Shown here one piece after another: positions 28,154 to 39,870 of a DNA stretch of 64,000 nt (position 1 is the first letter of the stretch; each line of letters begins with the position of its first letter). Origin of the DNA: Candidatus Bathyarchaeota archaeon (GTDB lineage Archaea > Thermoproteota > Bathyarchaeia > Bathyarchaeales > Bathycorpusculaceae); the NCBI GenBank assembly GCA_963717465.1, contig OY970340.1:2848001-2912000 (forward strand), in the 5' to 3' direction. Position numbers and translations under genes: made by a program. The notes under the pieces were generated by a model. That model worked only from the letters and a program-made list of their open reading frames with translations. It made no database searches and had not been told where the DNA came from.

Positions 28154-30072
28154 ATGATTAAGAGTCTCGCGGAAAAAATCATTGCTCGACATTTAACGCA
28201 GGGCAAAATGAATGTAGGTGAAGAAATAGGCTTAAAAATTGACCATACACTAACGCAGGATTCAACTGGCACGTTGGCTTACCTTGAATTTGAAGCGATG
28301 GGGATTCCCCAAGTTAAAACGCAGCTTAGCTTGAGCTTTGTTGATCATAACATGCTTCAGAACGACTTCAGGAATCCTGATGATCACCGTTACTTGCAGG
28401 GTGTTGCTGCGAAGTATGGAATCGTGTTTTCTCGTCCGGGCAATGGGATTTGCCATCAGCTTTACCTTGAACGCTTTGCCAAGCCATCAATTACGCTTCT
28501 GGGAAGCGACAGTCATACTCCGACTGCAGGTGGCATGGGTATGATCGCAATCGGGTCAGGGGGGCTTGATGTTGCTGCGGCGATGGCTGGTGAACCCTTC
28601 TACATGGAGATGCCGAGCGTTTTGGGAGTAAAATTAATTGGAAAACTTTCGCCTTTCGTTTCAGCCAAAGATGTGATTCTCAAGGTTCTAAAGGAATTAA
28701 CTGTGAAAGGCGGAGTAGGCAAAGTCTTAGAATATTTTGGTCCAGGCGTTAAAACATTAAGCGTTCCCGAACGGGGAACAATCGCTAACATGGGAACTGA
28801 GACTGGAGCTACAACATCCATTTTCCCATCAGACCAAGTTACCCAAGCATTCCTTCACGGGCAAGGAAGAGAAAACCAGTGGATCGAGCTAAAAGCAGAC
28901 GACGAAGTAAAGTACCGTGAAGTTATTGAAATTGACCTGGGCAAAGTTGAACCATTAATAGCGTTGCCTCACAGCCCTGACAACATAAAAACCGTAACTG
29001 AAGTTGAAGGAACAATAGTCGATCAAGTTTGCATTGGAAGCTGCACAAACTCTTCCCTTCGCGATCTAAAGATTGTCAGCGCCTTGCTGAAAGACAAGAA
29101 AATCAAAGACAACGTAAGCCTCACAGTTTCACCAGGTTCCCGACAAGCCTTAGAGAACCTAGCTGCAACTGGTGAACTTATGCCGTTAATTACTGCTGGC
29201 GCTCGAATCTTGGAAAATGCTTGTGGTCCGTGTATTGGAATTGGCCAGGCACCGACAAGTGAGGGCGTATCCCTTAGAACGTTTAACCGAAACTTTAAGG
29301 GTCGCTCTGGAACCCAAGACGCAAAAGTTTACCTCGTAAGCCCAGAAACGGCAGTTGCATCTGCCATTGACGGAAAAATTACTGACCCAAGAAAACTCGG
29401 CAAATACCCCAAGATAGAGCTTCCAGAAAAATTCATAATCAGCGATAACATGTTTATTTATCCAACTAATAATTATTCCGTTCCAATTGTTATGGGCCCA
29501 AATATTAGGCCGCTTCCTGTCTTTGAGCCAATGCCAAACCAATTCACTGCTGAAGTTGTGCTAAAGTTAGGTGATAACATCACAACCGATGACATTATTC
29601 CAGGTGGCACTGAAATTATGGCTTTAAGAAGCAACATTCCTGAAATAAGCAAGTTCACTTTTTGCCGCTTAGACAAGACTTTCGCTGGTCGCGCAGCAAA
29701 AAAACTGCAGGATGCATAGTCGGCGGCGAAAATTATGGTCAAGGCTCATCAAGAGAGCACGCGGCGCTTGCGCCTAGATATCTCGGTGTGAATGCTATCC
29801 TTGCTAAATCTTTTGCCAGAATTCATTTAGCTAACTTGGTTAACTTTGGAATTTTACCCTTAACTTTTAAGGATAAAAAGGATTACGACAGCATCACGCA
29901 AGGTGACATGCTTGAATTAAATACGACCAATTTAACCAACGACCTCATAGTAAAGAATAATGCTATGGGCAAAGAAATCAAAGTATCACTGAACTTAAGC
30001 AGCATGGAAAAAGACATCATTAAAGCAGGTGGAAAATTAGCCGCTATAAAAGCCAAGCAGATTAAAAAATAG
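28154..30072 (+). CDS. Aconitate hydratase (single-chain type), frameshift near 29700
   Basis: TQDSTG, DHN, GICHQ, GSDSHT, GSCTN, ACGPCIG and FNRNF motifs; swivel domain NYGQGSSREHA continues in another frame after an A7 run. Confidence 0.92.
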
Positions 30073-30120
30073 CAATCATTTAAATTATTTTTTTCCAAAA
30101 AGCGTTTTTAGCCTGCAAAC

Positions 30121-30465
30121 TCACAAAATGGTTTCAGGTCTAATGGTGTTTCTTTTCTCGCGAATAAGCATTAGTACGATGACCCCTAAAGCGATTAATG
30201 CAGCTGCTGTTCCGTAAGCGGCTTGCACAGGTGACATTGGGCATTGTGTAGTTTCAGTTATCAACGCTGAGGTTTGCGACGCGAGTAGTGATAAAGGCAA
30301 AATTGTGGATTGAGAAGTAAGTGGTTCTTTGCTTTCGACGGTTGGCACTATGCTACAAGCGATGATTGTGATGATAATGAAAATTGCGATTGAAATTGCT
30401 GTTGCTGTCTTAGTATTCGGCTTCATCATCCACGTAGACCCTTGGACACCCAGTATTGCATGCAT
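30121..30465 (-). CDS. Hypothetical membrane protein
   Basis: N-terminal hydrophobic segment and C-terminal TM helix with a basic tail. Confidence 0.5.
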   Translation of the reverse strand: MHAILGVQGSTWMMKPNTKTATAISIAIFIIITIIACSIVPTVESKEPLTSQSTILPLSLLASQTSALITETTQCPMSPVQAAYGTAAALIALGVIVLMLIREKRNTIRPETIL

Positions 30466-30535
30466 GATATTTAAAATTAACTAAACAAAACCTGTAAATT
30501 CAGTGCATTTGATACAAAAATAAAGCCATTTATCG

Positions 30536-30988
30536 CTAACTTGCTATATAAATAGCTAATTCAGCAAGTTTAGGCAGATTATTAATTTCAATGGATTTTC
30601 CTGTTAAAAAATGTGTAATTTTAGGGTTCGCCTTTGCGCCCAGAGTAACCAGTCTATCGCCTTTATAGGATAAAGTTACCGTTATTCCAGCATCCCAAAG
30701 TTCATCAGCCGCTTCTTTTAATGTATCAAGCAAGTTTCGGACATGCTGTAATCTTCCCGTCGTTCTCCTAGTTCTCGCGGTTTTCGTTGTATTCATTTGT
30801 GTAGAGCGGTTTGATTTATTCGAGGCGTCTCGGACAGCTGAGAACATTTCTTTTACAAATTCTTTGTTAATTGCGTTTAAGTCGATTATTTTGTTTGTGG
30901 CTCTCACTTCAAGGTCTTTAGCATTATCCATATATAAGGTGACTTTTCCAGATTCTATAATCTGAGCTAATTGGGTAGTAAACCCCAT
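30536..30988 (-). CDS. Hypothetical protein
   Basis: 150-aa ORF with RBS-like GGCAGG; co-oriented with 31013..31231. Confidence 0.65.
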   Translation of the reverse strand: MGFTTQLAQIIESGKVTLYMDNAKDLEVRATNKIIDLNAINKEFVKEMFSAVRDASNKSNRSTQMNTTKTARTRRTTGRLQHVRNLLDTLKEAADELWDAGITVTLSYKGDRLVTLGAKANPKITHFLTGKSIEINNLPKLAELAIYIAS

Positions 30989-31012
30989 TACTTGCCTGCC
31001 CTACGATTTTTT

Positions 31013-31231
31013 TTATTGCTGCTGTTTTGTGACTATCTCTAAAACTATTGCTCCGTTTAGTTTTACTCTGACTAAATCTGATTCAAGGGTGAGGTCTTCA
31101 AAACCAAATTTTACATTGGCTTGTTTACCCGTAAGTTTGTCGATTACTGCAAGTACAGTTGAGCTAAAGGTCTCAGCAGCATTTTGCACTTTTCTATCTA
31201 TTTCTCGACTGACATCTTCCATATTCTTCAC
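31013..31231 (-). CDS. Small hypothetical protein
   Basis: IDKLTGKQANVKFGFEDLTL; 24 bp upstream of the next co-oriented gene. Confidence 0.6.
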   Translation of the reverse strand: MKNMEDVSREIDRKVQNAAETFSSTVLAVIDKLTGKQANVKFGFEDLTLESDLVRVKLNGAIVLEIVTKQQQ

Positions 31232-31377
31232 TTTACCATAGTATAGTTGGTTAATATGATATAATAAATCGGTATAAAAGCTTGTGTAAATACTGAATAT
31301 TTACTCATTTTAGTGATGAAAGATTATTTACACATTTTTGTATGCAATAATGCGCTCAATAGCCCTCATTATTTCAT

Positions 31378-31668
31378 CTAATACCTATCACTAAGTACCT
31401 CAGATAGAAGATTTTGCAGTTCAGCCTTTGTTAAGCCCTTAACAAGCACCTGTTTTTGTTTTGAAGTTAAACCCGAAACAAGATCAACCTTTGCGTGAAA
31501 AAGCTTTGTCAATTCCTTGATTAATTCTTTATTCACCTTTCCCTTCACCGGCTCCTGAGTACAGCGAACAACTATTTCGTTGTTGTCAAGCGTCAGTTGA
31601 AATTTAGGCGAGTTCGGTTTAACAAAAAGTGTAACTAATACGCCGTCTTTGGTTTCTGTAATGTTCAT
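31378..31668 (-). CDS. DUF167 (UPF0235/YggU) family protein
   Basis: VKPNS...EPVKGKVNKELI...SGLTSKQK; ATGA overlap with the topoisomerase stop. Confidence 0.88.
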   Translation of the reverse strand: MNITETKDGVLVTLFVKPNSPKFQLTLDNNEIVVRCTQEPVKGKVNKELIKELTKLFHAKVDLVSGLTSKQKQVLVKGLTKAELQNLLSEVLSDRY

Positions 31669-33322
31669 TGGGGTGCGCACTCAGCCTTCGCATTGTTGGT
31701 TTCCAATGCCCAGCTGAACTTGTTGCGTAACGTTTTCGGGTAGAACTTGTCGATTGAGAAATTTACTTTTTTGGCCCATTTCACGTATGCGGTGGGATCA
31801 ATGTAGGATTTCAGCGATGTGCCTAAATTATATTCTTTGGTGAGTTTTGTTAATTCAATATCCAGCTTGGCTTTTTCAATCCTCGCTGTTAATGATTCGG
31901 TTTTTTTGCCTTCAGCTTTCTTTGCTTCAAGTTGGGCTTCAAGGTTTTTGAGGTTCTCTTCTTTCTTGACTAAGCGAGCGTCAAACGTTGGTGGAATTTT
32001 GCGCTTGTGATTTGCCACTTCGGCCACTTTATAGTTAGCTTTTTTCGCAACGTAGTTCTTTTTGTATTCTGGGTCCTGTTTTGTTACTCCGCTTTTATCA
32101 AGTTCTTCTTTAACCGTTTTTGTGCATCGCCAGGTACGAAATACTTTTGCTGTTAATTTGGGCATTTTTTCTGAGAGGAAACGCGATACCTTTTTGGAGT
32201 CGATTCCTTGGAAAAGATATTCTTTAGTTTTATCGTTCATGTATTCTTTTATGTTCTTGATAACTTGTGGTGGCGCCTTTACTTCCTTTATCCATCTGAC
32301 ACTGTCTTTGCCTAAGAAGTCAAAGTGAATTATGTCAGGTTCTTTTATCGTTATGTGTTCAGCTCTAAGAGTTATGGCACCAACCGTGTCAGCCTCATCA
32401 GGGTCCTTTTCGTCACCAACCCTCATATTAGGCACCAAAATAAGCCATGAGACAGTTGCTACTTTGCGTCTTTCCTCATCCTTATCTTCAAGGTTTTTGA
32501 GAATATGCTTTTCTATTACACCAATTTGCTTGCCAAGCGTTTCAGCCTTTTGAAACTTTTCCTTCTCTCTATTTTGTTTAAGAAAAGCTGAGTCGGAGAA
32601 CCAAACGTACTTTATTTTTCCAGTCAGTTTGTCCTCCCATTTAGCAACATACATCTTGTTAGGTTCCCAAACTACACCCTTCCAGTTTCCAGTCGGAACT
32701 GGCGCATCCTTAGGAAAGTTCAAAATTATGTCACACTCGCAGGGCCCTTCTTTCCATTTTCCACGTTGCGGGTGATCTCCACGTCCAGCAAAGAGGCAAG
32801 ATGGCTCAGAGGTCCAGTTGGCTATTTCAAGTTTTTCGCCGTCAACTTCCGCATAACCATATTTCTCTTTGAGTTCAAGACGTTTCAGCTTTTCGCTGCT
32901 CAGCCTGCTGCTTCTTTGCAACGGGATCCATGGATTGCTTTGCAAGTTTATCTTGAGTTACATAATCGTTTATTTCTGAAAAATCCACTTTATCATCCAG
33001 TATTTGGGGCATTGCACCGTTAGCTGCAGGCGGATCATTGTTTAAGTCTGCAATGTACTTGTTAGAGAAGTCTTCAAGAAAACTCAGAGGTAGGATTCTC
33101 ATTTCTTAATTGTTTTAAGAACTCCTGCATGAAGTTCTTTTTGAATAAGAGGTCAGGCGGAGAGGCTGCTGATTGCGCTTTGCGTATCCAAGCTTGTGCC
33201 ATTTGCTCGCTTTTCGGTTGCAGTTTTATGGTGTTCCCTTGGATTTTAATGTTGAAGCCTTTGTAATCGTAAACTGGAACGAATATTCCGTTATGTTTCA
33301 AACTTTTCATAACGTGCTTCAT
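31665..33322 (-). CDS. DNA topoisomerase IB, eukaryote/Thaumarchaeota type (two frameshifts)
   Basis: SLKHNG, EP..LFAGRGDHP.RG, MRVGDEKD, DTVG, FDFLGKDS, KVFRT, NHKR and GTSLKSYIDP (catalytic Tyr). Confidence 0.93.
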
Positions 33323-33466
33323 GTTTTAACCCTCAAAGCAACTCAAGTTTTATAGCCTCTTACCGCTTAATAATTGAAGCTTGCTTTTTGTATTTTTCGT
33401 GTAAACCGGGCTCTTATCTACTTCTAAGCGAAACTTAAAAACATTCACCTTTTTTACACTCAATTT

Positions 33467-33877
33467 TCAGCGGTCAAACAGTAATTTTTGCTTCCTTGCC
33501 GACCGTGGAATTTGAAGTTTCTTGTACACCATTTCAACATTTTTCCTTTCAACAAATCCTTTGTGAGGACGAAAACCTCCAGAGAAACCACCTGGGATAT
33601 GCATGAGTTCATGGATTAACGTTTTTTCTTTATCTTCAGGCGACATTTTATCATATATTTCCGAGATTACTTCAATCGTGTAAGAAGGCGGCAGGTTCAA
33701 CACGCCCTGCCAAATCTTGCCTAAACCATGAATTCGCGCAATGGTGCGTCTAGCTTTGGAGCCTTTGCTTCTGACGCAGTAAACGAATTGGGGAACGACA
33801 TGGTAGAACTCGCACTCTTGTGCTAACTGATCCACTTGCTTTTTTATTTCTGGAGCATCAAAATATTTTATGGGCGT
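33467..33877 (-). CDS. Putative HExxH metallopeptidase
   Basis: RSKGS...IARIHGL, LIHELMHIP and GFRPH; the frame extends upstream to ACG-CCC-ATA-AAA-TAT behind an AGGAAGG RBS-like sequence. Confidence 0.75.
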   Translation of the reverse strand, partial: TPIKYFDAPEIKKQVDQLAQECEFYHVVPQFVYCVRSKGSKARRTIARIHGLGKIWQGVLNLPPSYTIEVISEIYDKMSPEDKEKTLIHELMHIPGGFSGGFRPHKGFVERKNVEMVYKKLQIPRSARKQKLLFDR

Positions 33878-33919
33878 AGGCTAAACCTTCCTTGAAGCTT
33901 TGGATTGAAATTGTTAGGT

Positions 33920-36572
33920 TTAGCTTTTAAAGCTAAGCATTTCAATGTGCTTCTTGATTTCCATCCAGAATGTAGCTACAAAAGCAACTACAATGATTAG
34001 CACCCAGTAAAGAACGTTTATGCTTTGCAACATCAAGGCACTTGAAACTCCTGGAACGTTAACAACAATAAGCACGGTGGCTATAGCAGCTGCCGCCCAA
34101 ATCAGCATAAGCTTGTTAGAGCGCAACCCTAGGTGCGTTAATGGTTCACGTTCAGAACGGAAGTTGAAGGCTAAGAAAATGTGTCCAAACATCCAGGTGG
34201 CAAACGCAACAGCTTGCGCTTGGCTGACGTAATGACAGAAACGGATGTATAGTGAGCGAATAGGTAAGTGGCGGTTACGGCAGCAAATAGACTTGCAGCG
34301 CCCATTGCGATGCCGTAGTACATGTTTCTTGTTCAGGAATTTCTCTTTTGAATTTCTAGGCTGCCTATTCATCACGTCTGCTTCTTCAGGTTCAGCGGCA
34401 AATGTGGCTGAAGCTCCCAGATCCATGAATAACTCTAAGACAATGATTTGTATGGGCGAGAATGGTAACGGAATGCCAAGAGCAATTGGCACAAGGAATA
34501 TTGAAACCAAGGCTATCTTGCAGGCTAAATAGTATCGTACCCCTTTGCTTAAGTTGCTGAAAAGCTTGCGGCCTTCTTTGACTGCCGTCTTGATAGTTGC
34601 AAAGTTGTCGTCTGTTAAAATCATGTCTGCTGTTTCTTTAGCGACGTCAGTGCCGCGTACACCCATCGCTATGCCTATGTGCGCTTCTTTAAGTGCTGGG
34701 GCATCATTTATGCCGTCGCCTGTGACAGCCACTACTTCGCCTTTCTCTTTAAGCAAGTGGACTAAACGCAATTTATCTTCTGGTGAAACTCTTGCGAAAA
34801 CATGCGTATCGCTAAATGCCATTTTAAGAGTTTGATCGCTTAAAGATGATATTTGGCTGCCCGTTAAGACGTTAGCCGCTGTCTATTCCTACTTGTTGCG
34901 CGATTGCTCGTGCGGTTTCAGGGTGATCTCCAGTTATCATGATAACGTCGATTCCGGCTTCTCGACATGTCCTAATCGCATCCTTGACTTCTTTGCGTGG
35001 CGGATCAAAAAAGCCTACAGATGCCTACGAAAACAAGGTCTTTTTCAACTTCTTGTTTTTCCCCGTTATTATGCATTCGATGATAGGCGAAAGCTAAAAG
35101 CCGCTCGCCAGCTTTAGCCATGTGTACTATGTCTTTCATTAACTTCTTTTCTAAGTGAATCGGTTAATCCGATTTCTTCGCCGCCTAAAAGAATACGGTT
35201 TGAATTTGCCAAGACATATTCAGGTGCTCCACTTGATAACGCCACTTCAGCGTTTCCATAATGGTAGATGTATGAGGCCAATTTGCGTTTAACATCAAAA
35301 CTTAACTCGTCTTTGAGCACCCATTCCTGCTGCAACTTTTGAATGTCAACGCCACTTTTAAGCAGGTGTTCTTTAATCGCATTTGCCATCGGATTGGAAG
35401 ATTACATTTTCATTCAAGTTTTTGATGGCGTCACTTGCTAAGAATGCTGTTCTTAATGCTGCTTTCTCGTTTTCCTTGAAATCTTTGGATGCGGTGACTG
35501 CGTTGTCAAAGTACATGTTGATTAATTGCATTTTGTTTTCGGTTAGTGTCCCAGTTTTATCAGTAGCAATAACAGTGGCGTTGCCAAGAGTTTCGGCGGC
35601 GCGAAGACGCTTAACAATAGCTCCTTTCTTGGATAATGCGTAACCCCCAATGCCTAGAACCATCGTTATTATAATCGGCAATTCCTCAGGAATAACCACA
35701 AACGCTAAGGATAGCCCGTACAATACTGCGTTTGCCAGGGTTAGCGGATTGGGACCTGAAGCATAACGGAAATAACTTAAAAGTGGAATCAAAACGCTAA
35801 AGAAAATTGCAATCCAAACAAGTGATTTAGTAAGCTGCTTCATGGAGAGCTGCAATGGAGTTTTAGGTTCTTTTGCCGCTTTTGTTATGCCTGCAATTCT
35901 TCCAAGCTCCGTCTTTACGCCAGTTGCAACGATTAATGCTTTGGCTCGTCCTTTTGTAATTATTGTTCCTGTGAAAACCATGTTCGTCTGGTCAGTAATC
36001 TTGGTTTCAGAAGGCAAAACCGTGTCAGCGTCTTTCTGAGCGGGAAATGATTCACCGGTTAATGAGGATTCATCAACCTCTAATCCGTAAGCTTCTAGTA
36101 GCCTTGCGTCTGCTGGAACACGTTGACCCATTTTCAAAATTAAAATGTCTCCTGAAACAAGCTCGGTTGTTGCGACTTCTTTTATTTTATTATTTCTTAG
36201 AACTAGAGCTGTGGGCGGCGCAAGCTGTTTCAGCGAGGCAACTGAGCGTTTTGCCCGATATTCATTCCAAACTTCAACCATGACTAAGATGATTATTATT
36301 ACAATTATTGTTAAAGCATCTGTGAAACCGCTGCCTGAATAGTAACCTAAAATCGTGTAGAGAACGCCGACGGCGAAGAGAAGCAGAATCATTGGTTCAG
36401 TAATCTCTTCTTTTAGGATGTCGAGAAAACGAATTCTTCTCTCTTCAACTAACTTGTTTTCACCGTATTTTTTCAGCCTTTGTGCTGCCTCTTCACCAGT
36501 TAATCCAACCTGCGGATTTACGCCTGATGCTTGAGTTAACTCTTGTACTTCTTTACTGTGCCATTGGCTCAT
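33920..36572 (-). CDS. Cation-transporting P-type ATPase (type II-like), several frameshifts
   Basis: [36 protein letters not shown] and [11 protein letters not shown] motifs spread over several frames. Confidence 0.92.
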
Positions 36573-36731
36573 TGGCAGTCACCTAGGCTTACTCTAAGTC
36601 GGTAATAATTAGACTTTCGATAAAAGTCGTTTTGCTTAAAAAGGCTTGCGTAATTAATTGCTAAAATTTAAAGTCTGGTTGAAACCGCTTTTTCAATGTT
36701 TGTGTGCTAGCATCAAAAAAAGTGTCACGGT

Positions 36732-37163
36732 TTATTGAATGTAGGGCAAAGTTTTACTTTGTTCTTCTCTAATCAGCTTCATAGACTCATATTGCGCTTC
36801 GATGAGAATTTTTAAGGCGTCAATATTCTTTTTTATATCATCTAACTCAGCACTTTTCTGGAGTTCACCTGACTTCATAACTTGCTCATTTAATTTTCCA
36901 ACAGACACTTCAAGCACCTTAACTTTGAACACGAAAATTTGAAGAATATAGAGCAAACTAAGTTGGGAAGATAATTGTTCTAGGCGATCAAGATCTAATG
37001 TTTTACCAACGAAAGCTTTTGTTTTTTGATCCTCAGTGGATTGCGACGATTTAAGAATCTGCTCGTAAACTACCGCTTTCTTAGAAGCAATTTCTTTTGA
37101 TTCATCAAGGGTTCTTTGTATCCTTTTAGTAGTCTTATCCAGTAAGTCTATAACTTCATCCAA
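36732..37163 (-). CDS. Hypothetical coiled-coil protein
   Basis: 143-aa ORF with GAGGCGG RBS-like site and a TTTATATA box upstream. Confidence 0.65.
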   Translation of the reverse strand: MDEVIDLLDKTTKRIQRTLDESKEIASKKAVVYEQILKSSQSTEDQKTKAFVGKTLDLDRLEQLSSQLSLLYILQIFVFKVKVLEVSVGKLNEQVMKSGELQKSAELDDIKKNIDALKILIEAQYESMKLIREEQSKTLPYIQ

Positions 37164-37853
37164 AGCTTATTCCGCCTCTAACAATACCCTGCCCATGAAT
37201 GAAATTGCCCCAAATATATAAGGTAAACTCAAAACATTATCGATGACAAGTAGACGTACAGAAGAGAACCAATTAACCAAATTATCAATAAATGGAATGC
37301 TTTCGAGGTCTTTCAGCCAAAGGTTTCAGTTACTTGAACATTTTAGAAAATTCAGATCGTCTTCGTACATGACCTCAAAGAGTGGCATCGAGCCACCAAG
37401 TATTTAGGTACAATACTACACTCTATTAACATCAGTCTAAATGGAGATGCACACATGCCATCCCTAGCAAATAAGAATAAAACAAAAAAGAAAAAACATG
37501 AAGAAAAGATAGGCAAATAGTAAATCTCATCAACTTCACCCAAAACATAATTGAGATGTTAAAATACGTGAAGTTATCCCAATCTGTCTTTAGCTTTCCT
37601 TTCTTAATTCTCTTGCAAGATTTTTTTGGCGCAAATACGATTGCAACAAGAGAAATCCTTTGCGCCGTAATTTTTTCGTCACTTTCTAATAAATTTTGAA
37701 CAAGAAAAGAGACGTCGTTCTTATTAGATACCCTGCTAGTCTTGTAATGTTTCTCGCGAGCTACTTCTTAGTTTTTTGCCATAATTTTTAGGTAGCGTGG
37801 ACAAAACTGAAGCAAATTTTTTAAAATATTAAGCGACTGATTAGTAAAGGCAA

Positions 37854-38126
37854 TTAAGATAGCAGATTAAAAAGCAGGGCGTTTAAGGTTTCTCGATTTT
37901 TTATGCTGCGGAAAATTATTTTGCCGCTACTGTAAACTCGAAAGGAATTGCCTTCAAACGTTAATTCTTTAATTATGCCGCCGCCAATAGAGTTTTTAAG
38001 TTGGGCTTTTTTGAGGATTTTTGCGACTGCTTCCTCTTTTTTTTCAAATTTTAAGACGACTACTACGTCTTTTTCTTCTCCGCAGGTGCCTTCGATGTTT
38101 GCTACATAATCTTCTACAATGCCCAT
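37854..38126 (-). CDS. Hypothetical protein, last gene of the isc/suf operon
   Basis: ATG directly abuts the sufS stop; one Cys (GTCG). Confidence 0.65.
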   Translation of the reverse strand: MGIVEDYVANIEGTCGEEKDVVVVLKFEKKEEAVAKILKKAQLKNSIGGGIIKELTFEGNSFRVYSSGKIIFRSIKNRETLNALLFNLLS

Positions 38127-39362
38127 TTAGAGTTCTTCAAACTCCTTAAGAACTTCGATGAAACGGTCGATTTCTTCGGTTGTGTTGTAGATGTAGAAGC
38201 TTGCTCTTGCTGAAGATTCGAGTTTGAAGGCTTGATGAAGGGGTTGTGCGCAATGGAATCCGCTTCTTATCATGATGCCGTAACTGTCAAAGAAAAGGGC
38301 AACATCATGTGATGATAAACCTTTAACATTAAATGGAATGATTCCGCATTTTAGGGGTGAATCATTTGGTCCGTAAATGGTTACTTTACTGAATTCCTTC
38401 ATTTTTTTAATGCATACTCTGTTAACGATTTTTCGTGGTTAAAAACTTCATTCATTCCCAGATTTTCAAGGTACTTTACTGCGTGCATTAGTCCGATTGC
38501 GCCGCAAATGTTTGGGGTTCCTGCTTCGAATTTCCATGGAATTTCATTGAAGGTGACTGTCACAGCTCTTTTTTCCTTGGTTGTAGGCGACTTCTTTTAT
38601 CATTTCGCCGCCGCCTTGGAAAGGCTCCATTTTTTTAAGCAGTTCTTTTTTGCCGTAAAGTGCTCCGATGCCTGTTGGACCCAGCATTTTATGGCCTGAA
38701 AAAGCTAAAAAGTCACAATCTAAATCCTGAACATCAATTTTCATATGTGGAACTGATTGAGCTCCATCTACGAGCATCAATGAACCGTTGTCATGTGCTG
38801 CTTTGCCAATTCGTTTAACATCGTTTATTACTCCGCTGACATTTGAAACTTGACTTAGACATGCAATCTTGGTTTTCCTAGTAAATTTGCTTTCAAAATC
38901 CTCGTAATCTAATGTGCCGTCCTCGTGAACTTTAGCATACTTAATCTTGAACCCTTTCAGTTTTGCAACGATTTCCCAAGGAACAATGTTACTGTGATGC
39001 TCCAATAACGAGACTAAAACTTCATCTCCCATTCCCAGCTCGCTTAAGCCCCATGAGTAGGCAACCAAGTTGATGGCTTCAGTTGCTCCCCGAACAAAAA
39101 CGATTTCAGATGAATCTCGAGCATTAATGAAACTGCCAATTTTTTCTCGGGATTTTTCGTACAAATCCGTTGCTTCCAAAGACAATGTGTGAACAGCTCG
39201 ATGAACGTTAGCGTTATAGTTCGAGTAAAAGTCAACAATTGAATCGATTACTTTTTGCGGTTTCTGCGTAGTCGCTGCATTATCAAAGTAGATTAGTGGA
39301 TAATTGTTCACTTGTCTATTTAAAATCGGAAAATCATCGCGTATCTTGGCAGTGTCCAGAAT
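38127..39362 (-). CDS. sufS: Cysteine desulfurase, SufS (type II), frameshifted
   Basis: IRDDFPIL, YFDNAATTQKP, EHHSN, DGAQ, FSGHKMLGPTG, FEAGTPN and RSGFHCAQP; indels near 38550 and 38405. Confidence 0.92.
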
Positions 39363-39868
39363 TATTTTTCTGCCTCCGGTTTTAACCGCTTAGACAAGGT
39401 TTTAGCTAACTCTTCTTCTTCTAAAGCTTGCTTCTCCTCAAAGGTGCTTTCAGCAGGTAGCCAGCTTGGAGCAGATACGCCTTTATCAGTATAGTATTTT
39501 CTGATTGCCCTTTTCATTGCTCCTACGGCGAGAACTCCGCAGTGAAATTTAACGCTGGGCAATCCGCCGATTTCCTCAGTTACTTTCTTCCAAGTAATAT
39601 CTTTCCATGCAACTTCAAGGCTTAAACCCTTAACCATTTCCGTTACTATACTTGAAGTGGCAATGTTCGCTGCGCAGCCGTAACTTTCAAAGGTTGCTTT
39701 CTCAATTATTTCCTGAGCACTAATTTTCAAGTAGAAAGTTATCATATCTCCACAAGCAGGGTTTCCAGCAACGGCTACAACTGTGGCATCATCCATTTTT
39801 CCCAGGTTCTTTGGGTTTCTGAATAAATCCATCACTTTCTGATTATAAGGTAACGGTATACGTGACAT
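39362..39868 (-). CDS. iscU: Fe-S cluster scaffold, IscU/NifU N-domain
   Basis: NPKNLG, NPACGD, GCA and LP.VKFHC give three Cys plus the His. Confidence 0.9.
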   Translation of the reverse strand: MSRIPLPYNQKVMDLFRNPKNLGKMDDATVVAVAGNPACGDMITFYLKISAQEIIEKATFESYGCAANIATSSIVTEMVKGLSLEVAWKDITWKKVTEEIGGLPSVKFHCGVLAVGAMKRAIRKYYTDKGVSAPSWLPAESTFEEKQALEEEELAKTLSKRLKPEAEK

Positions 39869-39870
39869 AC

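Noticed and set aside
29690..29720. A7 run splitting aconitase near the swivel domain, a possible programmed -1 frameshift
   Set aside because: More than ten unrelated conserved genes in the window carry similar indels, several in homopolymers, so long-read error is far more parsimonious.
31665..33322. Three-part topoisomerase IB as a naturally split enzyme
   Set aside because: The pieces overlap in different frames and join into one colinear protein; this matches the window-wide indel pattern.
33920..36572. P-type ATPase, sufS, apgM, GT4 and NTPase as pseudogenes
   Set aside because: All catalytic motifs are intact and the lesions are small indels; treated as assembly errors pending polishing.
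37200..37800. Short ORF fragments in the gap upstream of 36732..37163
   Set aside because: No motif or consistent reading frame supports a gene call.
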